Below, in pieces: positions 1-12,769 of a stretch of 64,000 bases of DNA. The notes beneath the pieces were generated by a model. The model had not been told where the DNA came from, did no database searches, and saw only the letters and a program-made list of their open reading frames with translations. Numbering within the stretch: position 1 is the first letter of the stretch; every line of letters begins with the position of its first letter. The position numbers were made by a program, and so were the translations under genes. This stretch comes from Lama guanicoe (taxonomy: Eukaryota): contig MU053881.1 in the NCBI GenBank assembly GCA_013239625.1, forward strand, positions 13,034,879 through 13,098,878. The letters run 5' to 3'.

Positions 1-1523
1 ATCTGCCTATTCCTGTAAAAAAAAATTATATATTATATGGATATATAATATATGTATTATGTATTACATATATATTCAGTGCCTTTCGTGATAAAGTGCC
101 AACAATGCAGAAGTAAATAGTTTAGACAGGGCATCTATTTCCAATCTAATAGGGAAAACAGATATTACCCAATTATTTACTATTACAATGAGTGCTATAA
201 GGGAAACAAAACAAAACAGGAGCTATAAAAGAGTGAGCTCAATGGTCTACCCTAATCTGGAGGTGGGGTGACCAAGTAAATGATATTTAAGCTCTTTAAG
301 AAATGAGCCAGATAAAGAGCGGTAATAAAGACAGGAGAAGAGAGAGAACGGAATGTGAGAAGGCCTTGAAATGTGAAAAAGCTTGGTGCTTCGGAAGTTT
401 GTGGCCGTGCCAGGGCACTCTGTGTGTTCAAGTAGTAAGGTTCTCCCATGTAATAAGCACTACATTGTCACTCAGCCAGTAAACAGCTAGTAAGTACAGA
501 TCTGCTGTCATGTACACAGCCGACTCCTTGGTAGAAGAGGGGACGGATGTAAGCATGTATAAGGAAGGGTCCTGACATCGAAGGTGGTATAATCTGCCAG
601 GGCGTCAACATTAACACTCACACAACAAAGAATATCACGTGTCACATAATCAGATTTGGTTTCCTGTTTATTGCTAGCATTCATGCACACACAGAGCTAA
701 GTGAGTACTTTCTTGGATTTGTATGCAGGCTCTGGGGCAGAAAAAATGTTAGCCTGTAACTAAGCTGGAATGCTGTGACCTTTGATTTAGCATTGGTTGA
801 TTGCCTCGTAAAAGAGGCCACATGTGCCGAGAGGCAGAGCAGAGGGTCGGGGGATCAGGAATGAAAACAAGATGATGGTCCTCCTTCGACTCCTAGATCC
901 AGTTGTACTATACTAACTATCTAACCTCTGAATAATCTATCTTAACTCTCCTCTCCTTCTCCTCCTTTGTCCGTGTTCCTCTTCCTTTTCTTCATCCTCC
1001 TCTTTCATCAGGTTTGAGTGTGTCAATGGAAAGCATACGCCCAAAATAGTGCCAGGCTACACAGAGCCCTATAAATCAGAAAAAAAAGGAACTTAGTAGT
1101 TGCAATTAGGCATAGAAAGTAAAGTTGGTTGCCCTGTCAAGTCAAGTTTCAGTATAAAAATTATGCCTTTCAAGGGGATATTCCTCATATATGAAGTCAT
1201 TTCACTGAATATATCCCAGAAAAAGTTTTAGAATTAATACAGTGCACTTTATAAAAGTTGCTGAATGCATCAAAGAAATGCTTTGACTTATTAATAGATA
1301 CATGACACCGTATGCATCCTTTAATTAAAAACTCTGTAAAATATAAGTGCTGAGGCATTTGTTTCATAAAATATAAATGAGTTCCAGTAGAAAGCTTCTT
1401 TCATTCTTTTCCCATTTTTTTAATGACCTACATACTGTACACCAAAAGTATATACTTCCTGGAACCTAAGCCAAAAGGACAGTAGTTTGAGCAATTGATG
1501 TAGCATTTTACACCTAACTTTTA

Positions 1524-1976
1524 TTGTATATATAAAAGTTTATCTTAAAGTTTTATTATATATATATATTTGTATAGAGAGAAAGAGTCAGTTTACAATG
1601 TTGTGTCACTTTCTGGCGTACAGCATAATGCTTCAGTCGTACATGAACATACATATATTTGTTTTCATATTCTTTTTTACCATAAGTTACTACAAGAATT
1701 GAATATAGTTCCCTGTGCTGTACAGAAGAAACCTGTTGTATATCTGTTTTAAATACAGTAGTTAGTATCTGCAAATCTCAAACTCCCAGTTTATCCCGTC
1801 CCTCCCCTTTCCCCACCAATAACCATAAATTTGTTTTCTATGTCTGTGAGTCTCGTTCTGTTTTGTATATAAGTTTGTTTTTCTTCCCCTTGGGTTCCAC
1901 ATATAAGTGATATCATATGGTGTTTTTCTTTATCTTTCTGGCTTATTTCACTCAGAATGACAATCTCCAGATCCAT
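1524..1976 (-). mobile_element. 5'-truncated young L1 3' end (ORF2 tail + 3'UTR) with TSD
   Basis: Minus ORF 1791..1976 MDLEIVILSEISQKDKEKHHMISLICG resembles the terminal L1 segment. Highly similar to copies at 5571, 18834 and 57713. Flanked by CATTTTACACCTAACTTTTA (1504-1523) and CATTTTACAGCTAACTTTTA (1974-1993), 19/20 identical. Confidence 0.9.
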
Positions 1977-2739
1977 TTTACAGCTAACTTTTAATTATGA
2001 CTCAAGCAGCAGTCGTGAAAGGTTGAAGGCTAATGTGTGGAGCCTTAGGCCATATCATGACAGGTTCTTACAGGAAAGGCCAAACTTTGCAGAAGGAAAG
2101 ACTCATAATGAATAATGTTTCACGCAAATTCAAATGTAAGAAAGCAAAATTGAAACACTAATACCTTGAATGTGGGTGATGCCACGGATTTTTCATGGTA
2201 TAATCACAGGCACTAGTCTGAGCAGCAAGGGCTAAATGAGCCTCCTTTTGTTCTTGGATATGACCTGCTGATTTTCAGGGTTTTCAATACACTTTACGCT
2301 AAAGCTCTTTTGCGTATAATTCCCATCAAAAGCACTCATTCAGAAATTATAGATATATTGTGTATCAAAGATATTACCATGTGAGATTAAAGGCAGCTCT
2401 ACTCAAAACATTTACCCCATTAGTGGATTTCTCTGGAACCACCAGCCACAGGATGAAAGATACACTGTGAAAGGGTCTGTCTTCAGGGACCCTGCCTCAC
2501 TTCCCCACTTCAGTCTTGACAACAACTGTTTTCTGGACTTACTTCCAAATGTTGGCTTCAGATCTACTTTTTCTTGCCTGTCTTCCTGGACTTTATCTGG
2601 TGGAATAAACTTGTCTAAGTCAAGATACCCTCTTGATATGGGCTTTTTTTGCATCTTAGTCCAGGCTGGATACCCTTCCCCATTCTTGGATCACGGAACC
2701 TTAACCTGGGCCCATATTTTTCAAAGAGAAAAGTTTGAG

Positions 2740-3260
2740 CAATTGTAGATGACTTCCAGAGACAGAAAACAAATCAAAATTGACCTAGGTTAGAGTACTG
2801 GTGCCTTGTGTATCTTAAGAACGCAAAGGCAAATAGAGTGATTTTTTTTTTTCCAGGAAGGCCAGAATCAGGATCTCAGACAATATCGCCAGAACTCGTT
2901 TTCTGTCTGTTGTGATTTTCATGCATTTTGGACCCGTTTATTCCCACATGGAAAATACTAGCACTGTCAGGCTTACATGTGATCTTCTCAGTCAGTAGTC
3001 CATCCCAGCATAGAAGAGAGTTTCACTTTCCTAATAGTTCCAGAAAATCCAAGGATTCAGTTTCATTGAACTAGCTGTCTTTGGTCATGTTTCCATCCTA
3101 CTGTGGCCAGAAGAGAGAACATGCTGTTTGGCCAAAGCTGGAAAATATACTCATAACTGGAGCTAGAAGACTGATAATAAGAAATGGGTGAATCCAAAAA
3201 TTAAGGTTGGTGTACTGTTATCAAAAGAAGGAAATATGGATGTTGAGCACACAAACAAAT
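2740..3260 (-). mobile_element. Old MaLR LTR (MLT1I/J-like), decayed
   Basis: Motifs such as 'ttcctaatagttccagaaaatccaaggattcagtttcattg' and 'tactgttatcaaaagaaggaaatatggatgttgagca' resemble MLT1I/J. Recognised from memory only. Confidence 0.45.
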
Positions 3261-5570
3261 CAGAACAAATCAAATGTCCTTTAATACCTACTGCCGTGAT
3301 ATAAGGCACACCTAACTTCTGTGATCAAAGTGTCATTTCTTTTTAGTATTTGCTATACTTGATCCCAACTAGAGACTGGAATGATTGCAAAGATTACAAA
3401 TCACAATGCTTTGTAGAGCTCAGTGTCAAGATACAATCTTTTTCTTACTGCAGTCTCTGTGGAACTGTGGTGATTAATCCACATCTAAATGTATCTCTAA
3501 AGGGGTAATGGTGATTGTACAGTCCCAAGAGAAGCAGCATGTCTAGTTTAAACAGCCTAAATAATCACAGTGCCATTTTCCCAAATTCAGAGAGCCTACT
3601 CCTCAGCAGCGAGCTGAAGCCAAACTCCTCCTGGGAGGCTAAGTGCAGAAAAGGAATTGATTTTGTTGCATTGCCCATTAACATTAATTACCATTCTTTG
3701 ATGTGCCTCAGATGCTTCTTGACAAAAAGATGATCTACTTGTGGCAAAAAGCCATTCATTTCCATCTGTAATGAAGCTTGTTGTTGTCCTGGTTATATAC
3801 AGACTGGTTAGGACAGTCGCATTACTTGAAAAGTTTTACCTGATTCTAAGAGACAGACATTGATATGAAATGATTGTTTTTTTTCAGAAGACAATTTGAT
3901 AAATTTCAGGCGTATCTTGAGAGCACTGGTTGGCTTCTGATGGAATGAAATGGGGATGCAATCAAATTATGGCTTGGACCACTATTATAGGATGTTAAGG
4001 GAACAGGCAGGTACATAGTATATGAGTTTCAAAGGGTGAGGAACCTTTGTCTTATCCATAGATGTATTTATGATAATAGTGCCTGAAAAATAACAGGCAC
4101 TCAAAAAATATTGGGGAACAAATAGATGACAAGATAAAATAAATAATAAAATTCTGAGCTAGTTCAAATTCAAAATCATATTTAATCTGATGGAAATTAA
4201 TTGAAACTGAATCCTCTCTGAAATTCAATACAACATGGAAAAAATAAATAAAACAGCTAATATACCTGGAAGAGCAGTAAGTTGAACTTGGGTATGTTTG
4301 ATTCTAGAGCCTACTTTTTTCTTTCCTTTGCTTTGTTAGCATGGCAGATTTTATGCCTGAAGGGCACGGACTCCAGGAATAAATTGCCGAGGTTAGATTC
4401 CAGGATTCCTCCACTTATTACCGTGTGTCTTCTGAGGAGTTGCTTACTCCCTCTGTTTAGTTTCAACAGCTGGAAACTGGGGATATTGTATGACAATTAA
4501 AAAACAGATTTTTAATGATTAGTAGGATTACTAACCTGTAGAAGATTCTACACATTAACTTGTTAAATAAGTTCCCCCAAATGCCTCCATTTTTTAGTCA
4601 AAATAAACAAAAAATTTGACAGTTCCACCAAGATTCTAATAAGGAAAGTGTGGTTTCCCAAATAAATTCAGAGTTTCTTTATCAGAAGATGGAGAAATGG
4701 AAGCTGGGCAGATACGTGCTACACTCTGGGTTTAGTTACTTAACATAGACCATTAACAGTTTCAGGTCAAATTATATTGACTATATTTAAGTATGACATT
4801 TCCTATAATAGAAAAATGTATATAGGTTAAATAGATTCAAAATAACTTTTGATTTTCATGGCTTCAATTTTTTCTGTAAGCCACACTAGATTTTCTAGAA
4901 TAAGTACAGGAGAAAAAACAAATATTGCCAAAAAATAAAATCAACACACCTAATTTAAACAAGGTTTACCCTGATGTCTTCAGTCATGTGATGACTATAA
5001 GGATGTAATAGAGGCCCTTCTGTGGTACTGCGGTCCATGTAGTGTCACTGCTTTGGCTACACATCATAAATTACAACCTAACAATGAAACTCCCTCAAGA
5101 ATCCTAAAAACAAAAGTGATACGGACTGTGTGAGCAAAAAGGCCAGCAGACAAATAAGCATCACATTTGTCTCACCCAGTTCTTAACTGAGAGGCTTTTG
5201 AAAAGCAGGAATGACTGAAAACATTGTCTTTGTATGCGAAGATTTCTGCTCCGTATCCGCTCGGGGGGCCTGAAATTGTACATCCTGTTTGGGTAAAGCA
5301 GTTCACTTCTATTCTCTTGTGTTTAATCCTCAATGACAGTATGGAAGAATGTAAAGGTCATTTTGAGTTTTAATGCTTTGAAAAAGGCTACATAGCTGAA
5401 AACATGAAAACACAGAACATATGAAATATTTTTTATAGAAAATATAAAAAATTTTAACTTTTATAGAAAAATTTGGAAACAAAAGAATAAGATCGCTGTC
5501 ACTTTTCTGCATTTCTAAGTACCTACACATGTAGTTTCTTACATACTATTTGTTTAATCTTTCTAGACTA

Positions 5571-6082
5571 CTTTTTTTGTGTATATATATTTCTCAACAA
5601 GTATAATCAGTTTACAATGTTGTGTCAATTTCTGGTGTACAACATAATACTTCAGTCATACATGCACATAAATATATTCGTTTTCATATTCTTTTTCACC
5701 ATGAGTTACTACAAGATATTGAATATAGTTGCCCGTGCTATACAGTATGAATTTGTTGTTTTATCTATTGTAGATATATTAGTTAGTGTCTGCAAATCTC
5801 AAACTCCTAATTTAACCCTTCCCACCCCCTTCCCCACTGGTAACCATAAGTTTGTTTTCTATGTCTGTGAGCCTGTTTCTGTTTTGTAAACAAGTTTGTT
5901 TTTTGGTTTTAGGTTTTTTTTTAGATTCCACAAATAAATGACATCATATGGTATTTTTCTTTCTCTTTCTGGCTTGGTTCACTTAGAATGACAATCCCCA
6001 GGTCCATCCATGTTGCTGCAAATGGCATTATTTTATTATTTTTTATGGCTGAGTAGTATTCCATTGTATAAATATACCACTT
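5571..6082 (-). mobile_element. 5'-truncated young L1 3' end
   Basis: T-rich tail, then 'gtttacaatgttgtgtcaatttctggtgtac...gaatatagttgcccgtgctatacag...ggtccatccatgttgctgcaaatggcatt'. Aligns by eye with 1524-1976 and 57713-58396. Confidence 0.88.
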
Positions 6083-6352
6083 CATATACTATTTTAAATC
6101 AATAGACTAGTCACTATAAATGACATGTCTCTAAATTCATTTTAAAAATCTTTAGCAAAGCAGTTATATTACAGTCACAATTGAAAGCAATAATTCTTTT
6201 ATTTTCTTCCATTTTTCTTTGGAGGGGAATGTGGGAAAAGGCAAAAGGAAGTAAAATCATGAAGCTTATTGTAGAAACACGGTATGCTTGAGCTAGAAAC
6301 TCATAAACTTATAATTCTTTCATTTCTTCATACAAAAATATATATTGAATGC

Positions 6353-6736
6353 TGTCATAGTCAGCTTGAGGTGCTACAGCAAAATACCACAGACTGAGTG
6401 TCTTAAACAACAGACATTTTTTGCTCACAGTTTTGGAGGCTGGAAAGTCCAAGATCAAGGTGCTGACAGATTTGGTTCTTGGTGAGGTCTCTCTTCCTGG
6501 CTTGCAGATGGCTGCCATCTTTCTATGTGCTCACATGACTTCTCTGCAGAAGAGAGAGAATAAGCTGTCTGGTCTTCTACAAGAGCACTCATCCTATCAT
6601 CAGAACCTCACCTCATAATCTCATCTAAACCTAGTTATCTCCCAACAGACCCACCTCCACATACTATCACATTGTGAGCTAGGGATTCAACATATAAATT
6701 GGAATGGGGAGGGACATAGACATTCAGTCCGTAACA
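6353..6736 (-). mobile_element. MaLR solo LTR (MLT1A0/MLT1B-like)
   Basis: TG...CA ends. Core 'aaataccacagactgagtgtcttaaacaacagacattt...ttttggaggctggaaagtccaagatcaaggtgctgacagatttgg'. End 'cattcagtccgtaaca'. Confidence 0.85.
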
Positions 6737-6814
6737 GGTACCTACAATAAACAAAGAACTGTTCTGTATACGGAATATACAGCAGTAAACAAATCAGATA
6801 AAAAATTCTGTCCT

Positions 6815-8547
6815 CTACATACTGTATGATTTCAAGTACATGATATTTTGGAAAAGACAGAATTGTAACAGTGATGAAACAATCAGTGGTTGCCAGGGGT
6901 CTGGAGATGCAGGGTTGAAATCACGAAACACAGGAGACTTTTTAGAGTGCTGAAACTATTCCAGGTGATACCGTGATCTTGGATACATGACATTGTGCGT
7001 TTGCCAAAACCTATAGAAATTTACAGTAGAAAGAGTAAATCTGAATACATACAAGTTAAGAAAAAATCACTTAAGACATTGGGATTTCTAGAACAGAATG
7101 TAGACTGTGACCAAATAATCCAACTATATTACATATTTGTGAAACAATCTCCCTGAAGAAGTTGGAGGGGAGAACACCTACTGACGTAAGTAAATTTAGA
7201 AACGACTGAAGTCTGGAAGAGTAAGTGCATGAGAAACTTTACATCAGTACTGTGCTCTAGTTGATGCAATAGTCTCCCACGGGAGTGAGCTAACAACTGT
7301 GGTGTGCTGTACACGTATACCAGAACAGAGCAACTAAATAAGTGAATGGCAGAGATTGAGAGGCAGGTTCAGCACTGTAAGAATGGAAGCTTGCCCATAA
7401 GCAATGGAAAGAGGCTAGAATTACCTGGGGAGTAACACATCAGAGGATGCCTCAGTAAGAAAAAGCAAGCCGCACACTCAGATCGTGTTTCCAATACCGT
7501 TGTTCAATACAAGGAACCATAGTTCCCTCAAGAATTTGTTGATTCTAAGACTGAGGCAGGAGAAATACAGATGAGCCTGGAACAGCTTGTGTTGCCAGAA
7601 GGCAAAAAATGCTAAATATAAATATAAATATAAATATAAATGTAAATTAAATATAAATTAAATATAAATATGTATGTTAAAGGGAAGCAGAAGCTGACTA
7701 AAGGAGCTTCCAATGACGAAAGCTGAACAAAATAAACAAATAAGTAAATACATGAGTATTGGATTATAATCCTAAGTACAAAGTAAACAGTAATGGATCT
7801 ATATAGGTATAAGTAAATAATAGAATGAATAATTAAACAGGGGTTATAGACAAATCTCCTGGGTAGAAGAATCCCAAATCATTTTTGTAGATACTCCACC
7901 CTGAAGGGCGAAACGTAACTCCTTACTCCCTAAATGTGGGCCCTGCATAGTGACTTCTTTCCAAAATGTACAGTGTGGAAAGGAAGAAAAAACGTTATCT
8001 TGGCCTTAGAGAAGCCTGACCAACACCGCTTCAGCCAGCCGATCAGGGTCAGCATCAACAGTGATGTTAACGGTATCTACACATCATATGATTTGATGAT
8101 AGCATTTTACCTGTGGTCCTCTTGCCCCAGATCCATAACCCTAGTCCAATCATGAGAAAAACACCAGACTATTGTAGGGGTTTCCTACCAGAGACTTCAC
8201 CAGTATTCCTCAAAAATATCAACATTATCAGAAGCGAAGTCTGAGAAATTGTCGTAGCCAAGAGGAGCCAAAGAAGACATGAGAACTAAATGTAATGTGA
8301 TATCCTGGGTGAGATCCTGGAACTGAGAAAGCCATTAGATAAAAGCTAAGAGAATCAGAATAAAGTATGGATTTCAGTTAATAATATGCATCAATATTGG
8401 TTCATTAATTGTAACAAATGTACCATATTAATATTTAATGTTAATAAGAGGAAAACAGTGTGGGGTATATGGGAATTCTCTGTAGTTACTCTCTAAAATT
8501 TTTCTGTAAACTTAACTGTTCTGAAAAATAGTTTAATTTTTAAAAAG
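6815..8547 (+). mobile_element. Old L1 3'UTR (L1MC-like)
   Basis: Starts 'catactgtatgatttc...aatcagtggttgccagggg'. Ends 'gtaacaaatgtacca...gggtatatgggaattctctgta...ttttctgtaaac' plus an A-rich tail. Contains a (TAAATA)n expansion at ~7614-7671. Confidence 0.75.
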
Positions 8548-11500
8548 TTCTGCCCTTGTGAAGGTTATATATTTGTGGAAAGAGATAGAAACATAAATAA
8601 AAATAAAATACAGTACGTGAAACAGTTGATAAATACTTTTGGGAAAAGTAGTGTGACAGGGAATAGAAAGTGTTGGCCAGCGTGGCGGTGAAGGATTGGC
8701 CTCATTGCTGACCCACAGAGCTCTGTGGGGTTAGAGCCAGGGTTTGAGAAATGACCTGGATGAAACAGGCTTCTAGTGGTGAATGTTTGAAACAAGATAA
8801 AAGGAGTGATAAGTCCTGGGAAATCTCGAGGCAAATAACATAAGTGCTACTCTAGAAAAGGAAGGAGGAGTCTTACCAGGAAAGTGCAGAATCATCCGGG
8901 CACTCCTTCATCCCAGCCACTGACAGCTGCGGGGAGGGGTAGTCTGAAGCCTGTAGAGCACCAGGACTCTCTTCATATGTTAGTGGCAAAGATCAGTGCA
9001 GTTTCCTCCTTTTATCCATGAGAAATCTGAGACTGAAGAGCTCAAAATAATCTTCTCTTGCTCCCATACCCCAATAGTCATAAATTATGGACCAGCACTC
9101 AAATTTCTAGATTCCTAAACCAAACACTTTCTTCTATACCAGTTCCCTTACTGATGGTGGAGGACTGCACCAGAGGTGGTTGCCAGCTGAGAATACTCAG
9201 ATACAGGGAATATCTAAAATAAATATATTTGCTTTTGGCCCCTAAATGATCAGTAAGACCATACTTTGATTTATGTGATTTTACTTGGGTTTCTATGTTT
9301 TGAATATTAATTATCAAGAACATTTTTGTTCTGAAGTGGTACCTCTGATTTCAACTTGTGAGTCTCAACTTGTAGAGATGGCCAATTTAACTTTTTCCCC
9401 CCGGACAGCTCAGATTCCATGTAGAGTGGCTCACTGGTATTTAAAATTAGCTTCTCCACATATGTGAGGTTCTGGCATTTTTATGTAATAGCCACTTGAA
9501 TATAAGTGAACTCAAAAGCAGATAGAAGTTGGCTGTTTCGAATGTCAAATGAAAATCATTAGAGTTTTAAGAACATTTTGAGAACCTATTTTGTGGTTAA
9601 AATTACGAGTTGCGTTCACACACGGCACCACTTTGATCCTTAGCACAATACTTTACCGGCAGGAAACGTTGCATTAATATCTGTTGTAGGAATGAATTGA
9701 TTTTCTGTAACAGGTCCTTGTTCTGAAGCTTATTAATGTGCTTATATAAACCAATTCATTTTGTTAGTTCCAGAGTTCTTTCAGCAAGTTAGTTCCCAAG
9801 GGAAAAGTAGAGATGCGTGTGTATATTTAACATTTCTGTAAGTATAGTTTATTTTAAACTAGGGAAAGAGAAAAAAACATCAGAACTTCAGTATGCAAGA
9901 AGTCAAAATAAATAGAAGGAAACTTAATGGGGACGTTTGATAAATTGAATTGTTTGTTTAGATAAGAATAAAGCAGAAAAAAAATATACATCAGCTTTCC
10001 TCAGTTTGAAAGTGACAGGTAGTGAAATTCACTTAATATTTTGTAATAGGCTCAACCTATTATCTTAGATTTATTCTGAACATCATTTTCAATTGGTTGG
10101 AATAACAGGTGTAATAGGTATAAAGAAAAATTTATGGAATAGTTTAAAACACCAGTGAGAAACGTCAGGAAGGCTGTGCTTTTGAGTTGTGCATGTGTGT
10201 GCTTTGTTATCCATGCCATATTCACTGTCTTGTGTCTGACTTGCCTCAAAAAATAGACTACCAAAAATCAACTTTCCTGTCAGATTTGCACTCTAGTTTT
10301 CTGTGACTCAAGTTTTATTGGATGTTGATAGCAACTTGATAATTAATATTTTTAAAAATCTATTTTTCATTTTGTTCATATATACCTCACACACTTATCC
10401 CTATAATTCATAAAGAAAAAGTAATCTTTTATTCATTACACTAACTCATGAGGCATGATTAATATCATAGTTGATAATTTCAGCATTCAGAAAACTCCAG
10501 GTATCTTGAAGAAAAATATTAAACATCTCTTTTCCCCACCCTCACATACACAAAAATAAATATTAAATAAAAACATGTAATATTAGATGGAGGAAGTTTG
10601 GCTTTACAAAAATCCATATTAATAAATTGCGAGCTTTTAGATGATGACAAGCTCAGTAAATGTCGACAGTGTGAAATGACTGAAAACTCCTAATTAAACC
10701 TTAGGATGAGTAAATAGAGCAACGGAGAGGCTTCGCCCATTGTGCTTCATGCTCTGGGACACAGTGTCTAATTCTCTATAAGGATCTTTAAAAAGGATGT
10801 TGATCAACCAAATTGCTGAGAAAACTGGAAATGTTCTAGTAGACAATAAAGTCTTTCTTAAGAAAGGGATATATAGAGGCCAAAAACTTTTTTCAGATCG
10901 TTGCTGTGTGTAAGAGAAATTAGATTTCTATTAATTACTAAAACAAATCATGGGCTATAATAAGAAATTTGGCTCTCACTTAAGGACTTTATGTCAGTTA
11001 GTTAGTCTTAGAAAGGGATAGTTTGCTGTACAAATTAATGAGATCCATCACTTAAAGAAGACTCACTGTTAAAAAAAATTTTTTTGGAGAATATCTTGCA
11101 CTAAACAACCTTTTATCAACTCGAGCCCTTCATGGCTTTTTGTTGACCTCTTCCCAACAATTACCTCTGTCACCCAAGCTCTGAGGAATATATTCCTGAC
11201 TGTCCTCATTTATTTGCAATAGAAAAACATCCAGTCCATTAGGTTCTAATACTTTATCTCATTTTGGTAGATCAGGTAAGTGGCTGAATTTGATACTAAT
11301 TATAAAAGCACAATGTATGGACCCCAGGACTATATTATCAAACCACTGCTAGTATTAAATATGCTTAATACAGAAGGCAGATTTTAAATTCTAATTAGAA
11401 GTAGAGGCCGTGGTGCATCTGCTTTTGGACAACTGCCTAAGCTATATTTAAAAGAAAAAAATCATTTTACACATACCTCTTAATAAAAATGTGTTGCTGG

Positions 11501-11956
11501 TCAAACTTCTTTTTTTTCTTTGAAACACTACCTCCAATTGCTATACCCTGCCGCTATGAAAATTGAATGTTGCTGTACATACAATTTGTCCCAAAGTTTC
11601 TAATTGTCACCATTTCATCATGGCTGATTACAAGCTGCTTGTTGTGCCTAACAGCAAAGGACAAGGATGACACTCATCAGAGCATTGCTTTTAGGGTAGA
11701 AACAAGGAAAGGAATCGTTGTAATGTAAGGCACAGCACACATGCGGTAGCAGAGGGTCATTTCACATTTCTAACATGCTATTTTCTTCTGAATTTCTTAA
11801 TGCAAGTGAACAGTCCTTTGAAAATTGTTGCTAGGTTGGAAAGAAAAGAACCCCTAAAATAAACCCTCTATGTTATTCAGGAAACCTATATTCAGCTATG
11901 AAAATTTAGAAGACTCTTATCTACATAGTTCTTTACATAACAAAACAACTGCAGCA

Positions 11957-11995
11957 TCAGAGAGAGAGAGAGTGTGTGTGTGTGGAGAGAGAGAG
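11957..11995. repeat. Compound (GA)n(GT)n(GA)n microsatellite
   Basis: cagagagagagagagtgtgtgtgtgtggagagagagag, read directly. Confidence 0.9.
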
Positions 11996-12769
11996 TAATG
12001 AACCTTCCATATACTGAATAAGCGGACCACAAAAAATAATAATAAAATAATAAAACAACATAATTAAGTTAAAACCAAGACAACAGCAAGCAGTGAAAGT
12101 GAGGATTGTAAACATATTTGGAGAGACTGTGTTGGGAGAAGCTGTTCTAAAAATGGGAATCTGGAAATTACTTCCTTTGGGAAAAGCACTTAGCACCTTT
12201 TGCAATGTATAAGAATTCTTCAACTTTTTAATCATAAGAATTCTCTCTCTTAGCTGACAAAGAAAAGTGAGGACTACTATTTCCAGTTTCTAACCAAGGT
12301 AGAGTGAATTTAATGAGTGTCATTCCTATGTTAGTGTGATTTTTTTTTTTTTCCCCTCTGAGATAAACTGAAATTCTAGGTGTTAACACATTAAGTCTGC
12401 CTTGCGGGAAACTAGGAGCTGGCCTGAGCTATGCAATAAACAAACACCTGACATATTCAGTTGATTCTTAAGAGGAACAAGAAACGACTACAAATAAAGG
12501 CGGCCATACTAGTAAGTGGCATCATGAACATAGGGCAGTTCACATGAAAAATGGGATTAATAGCATAAAGGAAAAAGCTTTCCACTTACTGGTTCAGAAA
12601 GAAGTCTGAAATGTCTATCTTTGCATGATACCCAGAAATGTATATTCATTTAGTCATTAACATTTGTTACCATATAAGAATGAAATGATTTGGTACACAG
12701 AGAAACAGAGCCCAAATATTTTGTGCCTCCTGCAATGAGGAGATGGAGTCAATTTCCCGTGTCCATACC

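Noticed and set aside
1268..3702. Cluster of TCF/LEF (ATCAAAG/CTTTGAT) sites
   Set aside because: The motif recurs throughout this AT-rich window, so enrichment is not demonstrable.
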